NCBI RefSeq assembly: GCF_032191835.1
Contig: NC_083237.1
Coordinates: 17,050,001-17,114,000, forward strand
DNA length: 64,000 bases
Source: Heteronotia binoei
Lineage: Eukaryota
Reading direction: 5' to 3'
Position 1 is the first letter of the stretch, and each line of letters starts with the position of its first letter. The translations under genes were made by a program, and so were the position numbers. Under the pieces are notes generated by a model. The model made no database searches and was not told where the DNA came from. It worked only from the letters and a program-made list of their open reading frames with translations. Shown in pieces: positions 48,928 through 59,954 of this stretch.

Positions 48928-49564
48928 GGTGACTAAAAAGGCAAATTCAATTTTGGACTGTATCAACAGAAGTATAGCGTCCAGATCACGTGATGTGATG
49001 GTATCGCTTTACTCTGCTCTGGTAAGACCTCACCTGGAGTACTTTGTTCAGTTTTGGGCACCACATTTTAAGGATATAGACAAGCTGGAATGGATCCAGA
49101 AGAGGGTGACAAAGATGGTGAGGGATCTGGAGACCAGGACCTATGAGGAAAGGTTGAAGGAGCTGGGGATGTTTAGCCTGGAAAGGAGGCGGCTGAGAGG
49201 TGTTATGATCACCATCTTCAAGTACTTGAAGGGCTATCATATAGAGGATGGTGTGGAATTCTTTTCTGTGGCCCCAGAAGGTAGGACCAGAACCAATGGG
49301 TTGAAATTAAATCAAAACAGTTTCCGGCTCAACATTAGGAAGAACTTCCTGACCGTTAGAGCGATTCCTCAGTGGAACAGGCTTCCTCAGGAGGTGGTGG
49401 GCTCTCCTTCCTTGGAGATTTTTAAACAGAGGCTAGATGGCCATCTGACAGCACTGAAGATCCTGTGAATTTAGGGGGAGGTGTTTGTGAGTTTCCTACA
49501 TTGTGCAGGGGGTTGGACTAGATGACCCTCAAGGTCCCTTCCAACTCTTATGATTCTATGATTC
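48928..49564 (+). mobile_element. Young 5'-truncated CR1 (ORF2 C-terminal 179 codons open)
   Basis: YSALVRPHLEY..QFWAP, LFSLE.RRLRG, TRTNGLKL; (ATTCTATG) tail; 8-bp TSD taatatgc; single-copy empty site at ~52462. Confidence 0.92.
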
Positions 49565-49959
49565 TAATATGCTACAACGACCAGATGGGGTTAAAGAAAG
49601 CTTTTTGACCCAAGGTGTTTAAAGGGCATGAGAAAAATCACTAGACTTCTGAACTCCAAGTCATAAACAGAAGAATTAGCTCTATTCTGAATCATGTTCC
49701 TCTCACTTTTCTCAGTTTTCAGCAGTGTTCCCTCTGAGTTGAGTGCCAGTGGTGGGCAGAGGAGGGGAGGGAGTCCCTGGAAACTGTCTACTTGTGGCTC
49801 CAGAGTACCTGGCATTGGCCCAGAGGATTGGTATCTTCCTTTTCTATAATTGCAAAAAATGTCTCTAGAGACTATTTTGTACATACAGTTGTCTTCTTCT
49901 GTACTATAGAAATGAAGGAAGATGGACACAAAACCAGAATTCATCTGTCTGTCGACAGT

Positions 49960-52900
49960 TCATGCTGGTTCCATCTACCGTTGACCAGCCTGCTGGTTTC
50001 CTCACCAGCCCCAATGGGTAGGGGAGACAGCCCTCGATTAAGCTAAGTGGCGTGGTTCCTGAGGCATGACCACTGACAATCAAGAGTTTGAGCGAAGAAG
50101 AAGACTGCAGATTTATATCCTGGCCTTTTCTCTGAATCAGAGTCTCAGAGCAGTTTACAATCTCCTTTATCTTCTTCCCCCACAACAGACACCCTGTGAG
50201 GTAGGTGGGGCTGAGAGAGCTCTCACAATAGCTGTCCTTTCAAGGTTGTTGTTGTTTGGACTAGTTTAATCACCCATCCTGGCCAAGGCAGTCTCTGAGT
50301 GGTACACAACAGATAAAGCACTACAAAATCAATAAAAGTCTAAATAAGGTAAAGGTAGTTCCCCGTGCAAGCACTGAGTCACTACTGCCACATGGGGTGA
50401 TGTCACATCATGACATTTTCTGGGCAGACTTTTTACGCAGTACTTCACCATTACCTTCCCCAGTCATCTATGCTTTCCCCCCCAGCAAGCTGGGTGCTCA
50501 TTTTACTGACCTCAGAAGGATGGAGGGCTGAGTCAACCTTGAGCTGGCTACCTGAACTCAGCTTCTGCCTGGATTGAACTCCGGCCGTGAGCAGAGCTTG
50601 GACTGCAATACTGCAACTTTACCACTATGTGCCATGGGGCTCCTGTACAACAGATAAAGCAATACAAAATCAATAAAATTCCAATTAAGACATTTCAAAA
50701 AGTTAAGGTAATAAAACTCTAAAAGTCCATAATAGCAACCCACTCGTTAAGTTCTCTTTCTGAACGGTCAAAGCATATGGGGGAGGGGAAGGAGCAAAAT
50801 TTCTGAAGCAGTGGACAGAAAAGAAGGAAAGGTGCCAGCTGTTCCTGTCTTTAATCAAAGGCCTGGTGGAACACCTCTGCCTTACAGGCCCTGCAGGGCC
50901 CAGATTTCACCTTACAGAGAGTTCCACCAGGTTGGAGACAGAACAGGAAAGGTCTTGGCCCTAGTCAAGGACAGCCAGGCCTCCTTAGGATCAGGGATCA
51001 CCAGCAGATTACTACTAGAAGAACATAATGCTCGACTAGGGACATAGCAGAGGAGGTGGTCCCACAGATACATTGGTCCCAGACTACTCAAGACCTTAAA
51101 GGTTCTGGTCTCTCCTCAGGCATGGAAGCTTGCTGGGTGATCTGGCACCAATCACACCCTCCCAATCGAAGTTGCCTCACAGGAACCTTAAATGGTGGAC
51201 AGAACAAAGGGGCAGATTTCAGTTCCCACATATAAACGAACAAGTAACGTTCTCAAAAGCCATGGTTCACTCTTTTGACAAAAGTCAACTTTTCAAATAT
51301 ACAAAGAAACCATCGTTTCCCTCAGACCTGTTGCTTCCAGGGCCATCAATTCTTGTTAAACTAAATCTCTGTCTTTGGCATTTATGACAATATTGCAAAG
51401 ACAGAGGAACCGGAAAGACTGAGGAATTACCTTAACTAAGCCCCCCAGACCTTTTGGTGTCTAAGGTGCCGCTGCCCTGATCTGGATGGGTCAGATGAGT
51501 ACAATCCTCTCAGATTTCAAAAACGAAGCAAGGTCAGCTTTGGTCAGGATTTGGATGAGAGACCACTAAGGAAGTTCAGGGTCATTACACAGAGGCAGGC
51601 AATGGCAAATCACCTCTAAATATGTCATGCTTTTAGAGGCCTCAGTTGACTGTGACTTGAAGGCACTTTTTATTTATATCTATATATGGCAAGGAAAGAA
51701 AAGGTCCCCTGTGCAAGCACCAGTCATTTCTGACTCTGGGGTGACGTCGCTTTCACATTTTCACGGCAGACTTTTTATAGGGTGGTTTGCCATTGTCTTC
51801 CCCAGTCATCTACACTTCCCCCCTAGCAAGCTGGGTACTCATTTTACTGACCTCGGAAGGATGGAAGGGTGAGTCAACCTCAAGCCGGCTAACTGAAAAC
51901 CCAGCTTCCACCAGGGATCGAACTCAGGTCGTGAGCAGACCTTAGGACTGCAGTACTGCAGTTTTAACACTCTGCACCATGGGGCTCTTGCATATATGGC
52001 AAACCACCCCACAAAAAGTCTGCAGTGAAAACGTTGTGAAAGCAACGTCAGCCCAGAGTCAGAAATGACTGGTGTTTGCAAAGGGGACCTTTCCTTTCCT
52101 AAATTGATGATGGCTGCCTGGCTGGATGGATGAATGGATGGATAACTTTTGTGCAAACTGACTTTGAGATTTGAATCCAGATGTTCTATAGTGGACCAAC
52201 ACATCACCCCTCTGAAATTGCCTTAACCGATATTTATTTAGTTCACCTGTAACACTGTCACCAGAGTAATACACACTTTATACTGTATCTTCAAACAGCA
52301 CTTCTGATCATGCATTCACACAGACATCAGGGAGTGAGTTATCCTAGCGTCCCCCATCCCGTACAAATCAACTTCCCTCAGGATGAGTATAATCTTACCT
52401 TTGTGCTTCCCCCAGGTTTTCCTTCACATCCAAAACAGAGATTTTCATGCCACTGGTTTGAGTAATATGCTACGCTGTCCAGATGGGATTCCAAAATCTT
52501 TATGATACAAGGTGTTCGATGGTAAGGAGGAAACTCATTGGATTATCAGTGATTTCCAAACACAGAGTCATAAACATAAAAATTAGCCATATTCTGATTC
52601 AATTTCCTCTCACTTTTCTCAATTTTGAGTGACAGCAGTATTCAAAGTAGAGGTTTTCCTAGCACCTACTTTCTGATGTCCCTTAACTGGAGATCTCACT
52701 GATTGAACTCAGGATCTTCTCAGTGCCAAACTGATACTCTACTCTAGATATCTCCTTACCTGAGCCTTCCAGACAAAACCTATGTCATGTCTCCTATGAA
52801 GTCCCTTCTTTGAAAGACCTGTCTCTGATAGACTGAATATTAAGTGGTATGTTTCTCTGCTATGAAAACTGTTTCCTCAGCTTGCAACAGTAATTATGAC

Positions 52901-53820
52901 CTGAAGACTCTCTGGAATCAATTACCCACTAACACATTGAAAACTAGATAGAAATCGTACATCTTACTGATCCAGAGCATGCTGCTTCATTTCCCACTAC
53001 TGGAGATCAGAGTCTCTGTAAGGAGAGATGGAAGTCATGATGGCCACCTTTACCAAGGAGGTTCTGTCCTCTAGGATTGAAAGAGCTAGAGACTTAATCA
53101 AAACCTTAATGCTACAGCAGACTAACCCTGAGAGAAGAGCTGCTTTAGGCAGAACCAGTCAAGTACACTCTAGTTTGACTGGCAGAAGCTTCCCTGTACT
53201 ACAAGGGGATGACTTTCTTTGTAGTAAAAATACCCAAGGGACTTTGAGAATCACGCAAAGCGTATTCTTTGAATTCAACTTTGCATGTTACTTTGGTGTC
53301 TGTTTCTGCCAGGAATGCTGAATGCCTTCTGAAATTGAAACTGTTGGTGCAATACTGCAAAGTTACTGCGTCTAATGTCATTTATTTCAATAGGGCTAGT
53401 TAGGTAACTATGCACAGAACTGTAATGAAAATTGCACAAGTTCTTTTTTGGGGGGATGGGGGGACTATATAGCAATAGGCTTCTTGAGTCATGAACAGGG
53501 GCCGTTTTGTAGAAAAATAGGTGGTAGAGCTCATCCAGGGATTGTTATGCAGCTGCACCTACTATTCAATGGACAAGGAGGTGGAACTCTCAGGTTTAGG
53601 AGCTGTGATCCTGTGAGCTCCCACTGAATCCGAGGCCTGGTCATGAAATACACTCCAATGAGTTTTTGATCCACTGCTCCTGAATGATGAAACACTACTG
53701 GGGAATCCCACTTATGACTATATTCATGAGGAGATAACTGAGATTTGAGCATTACCAGAATCAGGTCCCCAGTATGGCTGTGCACCTGAAAAAAAGGTTC
53801 AGCTTTTGGAAAGTAACTAA
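49960..53820 (-). pseudogene. OR gene unit lacking its coding exon (unit C)
   Basis: 49960-50090 matches the OR-4/5 3' flank (41370-41475) and 51110-53820 matches the OR-5 upstream/intron (43735-45920); the CDS-bearing interval is replaced by SINE/L2. Confidence 0.6.
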
Positions 53821-56800
53821 ACAAGAAAGACTGTGGGAGACAAAATAAATCACAGTAAATGTAATGAAGGCAGTTAGCAAAAGTCATTACAAAGGCAGCC
53901 TGATTCATACTTACAGTTTCCCTGGTAGAAAAATTCACAATGGAACAATGAGTCTTCTGTCAATGCATATGCAGCCATGGCTCATTTCCAATAGGCTCCA
54001 TGTTCTTATTGGCTGGCTACAGCTCCCATAAATTACAGCATATTGAACATTATTTAATATTTTCTTTGAGGTATAATGCACCATCTTCCAAATCACTTCC
54101 CAAATTCCACAAGTTCCTACTATGGCCAGCTACATCTTCCATGAAATTATGTAGCATGTCAACCAAAATTCACTGAAAGATATGAAGCACCATGTTATAA
54201 GTCATTGCACAACTTACAGAAAACATCCCAAATCATTAAATTGATTAAGCCCATATGGTTCTAACATGTTATATTTTAAAATGAACTGGGCTTCTATTTG
54301 TCAGTCTTTTCCTTATATCAGTACAGTTATAGGGATGTGTTGACATTCTATATAATAAAGCCACTCACATATTTTCAACAGTGTGATGTTTAGATGAAAA
54401 ATGAGATACCAATGGAGATTCTAAATATTTCAACTTTATTCCTGATTTATGTTCCTGAACTCAGACCCTCAGGCTTCTGGAGGAATTTCCTATGTATGCC
54501 AAGTTACAGGAACAGAAGATCATGTAAATTATTCTGGTGCTTGAACAATTATAAAAATCCCTAATCTCATATTTCTGGCCATTTGGAAACTCTATAGTAG
54601 TAGTTTCCCATATAAACTTGCAGATGGTGCAATGACCACATTTATGCATGCCTGAAGGTTAGGAGATCTTACATTAGGAGATGTATAAAATTAAGCCTAT
54701 CAGATCTCATAAGCAGGCCTTTTACATTCTCACTCCTATGAAACACTATAGTGGGACCCTCCTGACAGGCTGGGAGGTTTGATATCAAATGTCAATGTTT
54801 TTTTTAACTAAATCTTTAATCGGAACAGCTAAATCAGTGAAGTCTATGTTCCAACATAAATTTTGTCTCCTGTCCTTGCTGTAATTATTGAAAGGTGAGT
54901 ACATTCCATAGCTAAAGCTCTACAATTAGTTGACTTGAGCACCTGTTTGGGATAACCCCTCTTACTTAGTTGTTGGTCCAGAATTGCTAAATCTCTCAGA
55001 AAGAACCCCTGCTGAGTAGAATTTCTTCTAAGTCTAGGATATTGGGCATCTGGCAAATTGTTTCTTAGCTGAGCTGGGTGGTGAGGTTATATAGGTATGA
55101 GCTGCAGTCAGTCTACTTTCTGTACAGTTCAAATGCTACAGCATTCTGCTTGGACCTATATATGGAAAGGAAGGGTCCCCTATGCAAGCACCAGTCGTTT
55201 CAAACTCTGGGGTGACATTGCTTTCGCAACGTTTTCATGGCAGACTTTTTACGGTGTGGTTTGCCATTGCCTTCCCCAGTCTTTTACACTTACACTTACG
55301 CTGGGTAGTCATTTTACCGACCTCGGAAGGATGGAAGACTGAGTCAACCTTGGGCCGGCTACCTGAACCAGCTTTCATTGGGATAGAACTCAGGTCGTGA
55401 GCAGAGAGTTCAGCTCACAGTACTGCAGTACTGCTGCTTTACCACTCTGCCTAAATAAGATATTCTATTGGGATCCCATCACCCTTCAGATTTGATAGAG
55501 TGGTGTAGCTGATTAAACCAGTTCTGGAACTCCTTGATATTAAATTTGTCTCTGTACAGGAAAATCAGATCATCAATGTATCTCCTGTAGAGGACTATGT
55601 GACCGTAAAAGGGGTTAGTTCTAGCATTAGATATCCATTTGAGTTCAGAGTTATCCACAAATAAATTTGCAGTGTCAGGTGCCAATGGGCTGCCCATTGC
55701 AATGTCCTTAACTTGTAAATGGAACTTATCCAGGTACCTGAAGTAGTTTTGTTCTAAAACGTAGTCTCTGAGGTCCATCAGAAAATGGATTGGTGGATTC
55801 AGATACTCCCTCTTAGGGATGGGCACAGACCAGAAAATGCTGGTTTGGTTCACAAATGGAACCAGACCAGTTCCCGGACCAGTTCGCAAACCAAACCACA
55901 GCCTGGTTTGCGAACCAGTTCGCAAACTGGTCCGGTTTTTATAAAGCCCTCACAAGGCTTCAAAGCTCCAAAATAGCAGGTTGTCTCCAGATCACTCTCC
56001 TCAGTGTACCCACCAAGTTTGGTCCACATTGGACTTCAGGGGGCTGAGTTGCAGACCCCTAAAAAAGGTAATTCAGTGCAATGCTTTTCAATGGAATGTC
56101 ACTCTGCTGGTTCAGGAGTGACAAAAACTGACCTGGGTGAGCTAGAGGCCTTCAACGCACACAATTCCTCCCTGGGCTGACCCTCCACATGGCCCACATA
56201 TGTTGCATGCATGTCAGATTTGGGAGGATCCAAGTAGCAGACCACTAAGCAAGATGCCTCCAGGAAACTGTTTTGGGGGGAGTTGTCCAGTGTCATTTTG
56301 AGACACTACAGTGTGGACCTGGTTAAGCTACAGGTATCAGACTCCCAGAGTACTTCCGCAGGGACCACCCACATGACTGCAAGTGGCTGTGTCTTCCTGG
56401 GACCAGCCACCCAGCCGTGGTGACATGATGACTAATTGGGACCAAGCCTTCCATCCTACCTGGGAAGGTGACAGGGACAAACAAGCCTGGCAACCGGGAT
56501 TCACTGCGCAGCAATGGGAGGGGGCACTAGTGGACTAGCTAAGGGAATGTGTGGAAATATGTAACAGAGGAGAAAGGATGCTTTTGTGGAGGAGCAGAAA
56601 GGGTACCCCACAACCAGGGAAGAGGGCAGTTAGCCAAGCCCCTCAGAAATTTGCAGGTAGTTTGGGTGCCTGAGTGGGAGAGGAGAGAGGAAACCCCCCA
56701 GGCAGAGACCCAAGCAATGCAGGAAGAAACAGGGTGCTTTTTGGAGGAGCAGAAAGGGGACCCCACAGCCAGCATGCAGAGAAAAGGGCAGTTTTCAGAA

Positions 56801-58337
56801 CCCGCAAAAGTGAACAGTCCAACCCCAAATCAAATAAAAAACATGTTTTATATGAAAAAAATCTACCCATGTTTCCCACTCTTCACAGTGAAGAAAAAGA
56901 TGGGGGGGGGGAGAGAAATGTAGCTCTGAATGCAAGGAAAAGAAAAAAAAGAGAGAGGTGATGCTTTTACTCTGGCAGTTTGTATAGAGGCCAGGAGATT
57001 CAACAGGTTTCTCCACTCACCCCAGTAATCCCCCCCTCCTCCCGCAATCCACTAAAATATATTCTTTCACCTGCAAGAAGAACAAGACTCGCAAAAACCA
57101 GACGCAAACAGAGGACAGGAATGTGCCTCCAGTGCTTATATATACCCCACCCCCTCCATCCTGAGGAAATCAGATCGATGCCTGTCATTGGAAATCAGAT
57201 TTGCCTATCATCTTCAGATTGTCACTGTTGGTCCCTCAATGGCTGAAAACACCCACCCATACCCACTTTTCAGCACGAAACTCCATGGATGGAGTTTCTT
57301 TGCCAAGAGTGCATGAGAGGTTCTGAACCAGGCAGAAAGTTGCAAAGTCCAATTCAAGAAATATCTGGGGACTTTGGGGGTGAAGCCAGGAGACATTAGG
57401 GGTGGGGCCAAGATCAAGGCTGTGACAAGCATAATTGGACTCCAAAGGGCATTCTGGCCCTCACATTTAAAGGGATGGCACACCTTTTCAATTCCTTCCT
57501 TCCATAGAAAATAATGGATAGGGGCATCTTCTTTTGGGGCTCATAGAATTGGACCCCCTGGTCCAATATTTTTGAAACTTGAGAGGTATTTTGGGGTGAG
57601 GCACTAGATGCTGTACTGAAACTTTGGTGCCTCTACCCCAAAAAACAGCCCCCCCCAGGGCCCCAGTTACTCGTGGATCAATTCTCCATGATTTTCTATG
57701 GGAATAAATCTCCATAGGGAATAATAGAATTCCCAGCAGACATTTACCTTCCCTCCCCCCGCTTTCTGATGACCCTGAAGCAGGGGGAGGGCCTCCAAAC
57801 CGGGGGATCCCCTGCCCCCACCTGGGCATTGGCAACCCTACTTCCTGGTCTGAACATGTGACTTTCAAACCAAGCTGTCCGAACCTCAAACAAAGTAAAG
57901 TCCGGGCCAGATTTTAGTTCAGGTTCGGGTCTGTGCCCATCCCTTTTCCCTCTTATTAAACATGTCCTCTAAGATAGTCTTGGCTTCCTCATGGAGACTA
58001 TATGAGTATAAGGATGCCACATCGAACGTTATTAGTACTACATCCTCTGGGAAAGCTAAATCCTCACATTTCACTATAAGATCCCTGGTATCTTTAATAT
58101 AAGAATTCATAGATTCCACAAAAGGTTTCAAGATGGAATTGAAATATTTAGCAAGTGCTTCCAAGATGGAACTAAACCTGAAAATGATGGGGCAACCAGG
58201 GGGCGGTTATTGGGCTTATGTATTTTGGGCACCGTATAAAAAATTGGTGACCAAGGATAGTCATTGAATAAAAACTCATACAGTGATTTAGATACATATT
58301 CCAATCCAAATGCCTCCTGAAACATAATCCTTAGCAT
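53820..58337 (-). mobile_element. Fragmented Penelope-like element (Neptune-type), RT + GIY-YIG
   Basis: PIFYTVPKIHK, TFDVASLY (57946-58337); QVKDIAMGSPLAP, YRRYIDD (55480-55813); RGYP (~54950); CGHCTIC linker, IIYMIFCSCNLAYIG and EAQFILKYNMLEPYGLN (54214-54660); frameshifts and stops present. Confidence 0.88.
55814..57945. mobile_element. 2.1-kb non-autonomous hAT (Ac-like TIR) element inside the Penelope RT
   Basis: 17-bp TIR agggatgggcacagacc; 8-bp TSD ctccctct/ttccctct; the RT reading resumes across it. Confidence 0.8.
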
Positions 58338-58822
58338 TGTTGCAGGAAGACCCCACCTTGTAAGTTAAAGCGGGTGCAATAGCAGAGGAGGTCTGAGGCG
58401 TAATCAGGAAAAACAGCATTCGTTTATTAATATACACACGTGCGGGCCAGACCCCCCTGGCATCTGCCACAAAGGTGGGAGTCTGAGCAAAGGACACAGT
58501 GAAACACAAATCTTTTATACCATTTCAAACATAGGTCACCTGGTTACATGCGACCGCACACTACTGAACATGAACTGATGGGTACTGGTTACAGATCAGT
58601 GGTTCTAGGTCCGGTACATTACATACAGCAGCATAGGAGAGTATGGGACTTTCCAGTCAGGCACACGGAAAACAGACCGTTGGTATTTCAGTTTCCTATT
58701 GATAAATCGGGGTGCTTTCCCCGGTCACAAACCATCAGTTAGATACTGAAGCCTATATGGAAGGCCCCTACTGATGCGCATACAGTAACTTACCAGTCTG
58801 CCTTGGTTCTAAGAATGTTACA
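58338..58822 (-). mobile_element. ERV-like solo LTR, 485 bp
   Basis: Minus strand TGTAAC...CAACA with TATAAAA (~58513-58519) and AATAAA (~58405-58410) in U3-R-U5 order; TSD not clean. Confidence 0.6.
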
Positions 58823-59049
58823 GGCTACTCTTACTTAGTTCCTCTTTTCTTCAACTGTAAAATGCCAGAAGCCTTTTCTGCCTGTCTTGTTGCTTCTACT
58901 TTTGTTAGCCCCAATTGGCCCCAATTCCCTCTATATTGATATGGATACAGCCCCCAAGTACATCCTACTGGCACCATGGAGAATGCATTTAAAGTTGCTT
59001 TCTTTCTCTCAACTCCCTCTCACCATCTATTTGCCTCCCTCCCTCCCTG

Positions 59050-59165
59050 GCCAGCTCTCACAAATCTAATGTCCATGTGTTGCCGCTCTCAAACATCTAA
59101 TGTCCATGTCTTGCCACTCTCAAACATCTGACGTTCATGTCTTGCAGCTCTCAAACATTTGATGT
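59050..59165. repeat. 30-bp minisatellite within the 3' end of a hAT MITE (related copy at ~9260-9355)
   Basis: ctctcaaacatctaatgtccatgtcttgcc repeated about 4 times. Confidence 0.7.
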
Positions 59166-59887
59166 TTATTCTATGTGGCTCTTACGTTAAGCAAGTTTGG
59201 CCACCTCTGATCTACACCAAATTTAGACAGCTGGTGAGAGGGAGGGCAGGAAGGGACAAGCCAGTGCTTGGCCCTTGTCGCCCTTTCTTACATTTCCAGG
59301 GGAATGCTGGCCACCACTTTCGAGTCAGGAAGGAATTTCCCTCCAGGTGAGAGTGGCCCAGGAATCCTGGAGTTTTTCTGCCTTCTGGGAATACAGCAGG
59401 GGTCACTGGGTGAGTTGCGGGGAGGTTGTTGTGAATGTCTAGTTTTGTGCAGGGGGTTGGACTAGATGAGCCTTAAGGTCCCTTCCAGCTCTTATATTGT
59501 GACACTTAAATAAGTCTAGTTTTATGGATTCTGAAACTGTTCCCTCCCCGACTTTCCAGCTTAATCGGTAACTTTTCTTAAAAACCTGGCCAAGAGGCTC
59601 AACTCACCTCATAAATTATAGCTAACGTCTCAGATTAAAATCAAAGGCACTGCCAGTAACAGGCGGGGAGTATCATCTCTGTTATACAGAGCTGTCTAAA
59701 AACCCTGTCAACTAAGTCCACACCAAATTAAAAGCACATTCCAATTCGGGAACCGTTAAGAGCTGCCTGAAATTAACAGAGTCCCTTCCCCTCTTGGGTT
59801 AAAGTCCATAACAGCAAGTTTGCCACCGGTGTAAATCTTCGATACAACATTCCATCTCCTTCAGCCAACAGCATGCATTTCTCTTAC

Positions 59888-59954
59888 CTGTGTTGTTTTG
59901 TACAAAGCTCATTCCAATGAAAAACAAGATGACGACCTGCGTTCGCCCAGCCAT
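59888..59954 (-). other. Candidate first exon encoding a signal-peptide-like leader (MAGRTQVVILFFIGMSFVQNNT-G)
   Basis: Strong Kozak aaaATGG, consensus donor CAG|GTAAGA in phase 1, TATA-like TAAATAAA about 80 nt upstream; no downstream exon identified. Confidence 0.35.

Noticed and set aside
53028-53321. Plus-strand small ORF (MATFTKEVLSSRIERARDL...) recurring at ~18890, 37888, 45030 and 53028 with a 21-nt in-frame indel
   Set aside because: Differences between copies are mostly non-synonymous by manual count, and stops differ (TGA in the 45.1-kb copy, TAA in others). This fits neutral paralogous intron DNA antisense to the ORs.
53937-53950. 14-nt match (acaatggaacaatg) between the Penelope 3' region and the hammerhead element (41820-41833)
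   Set aside because: The flanks do not align; too short and repetitive to support relatedness.
59050-59165. Regular 30-bp repeats, superficially CRISPR-like
   Set aside because: Contiguous tandem units with no unique spacers, in a eukaryotic MITE.
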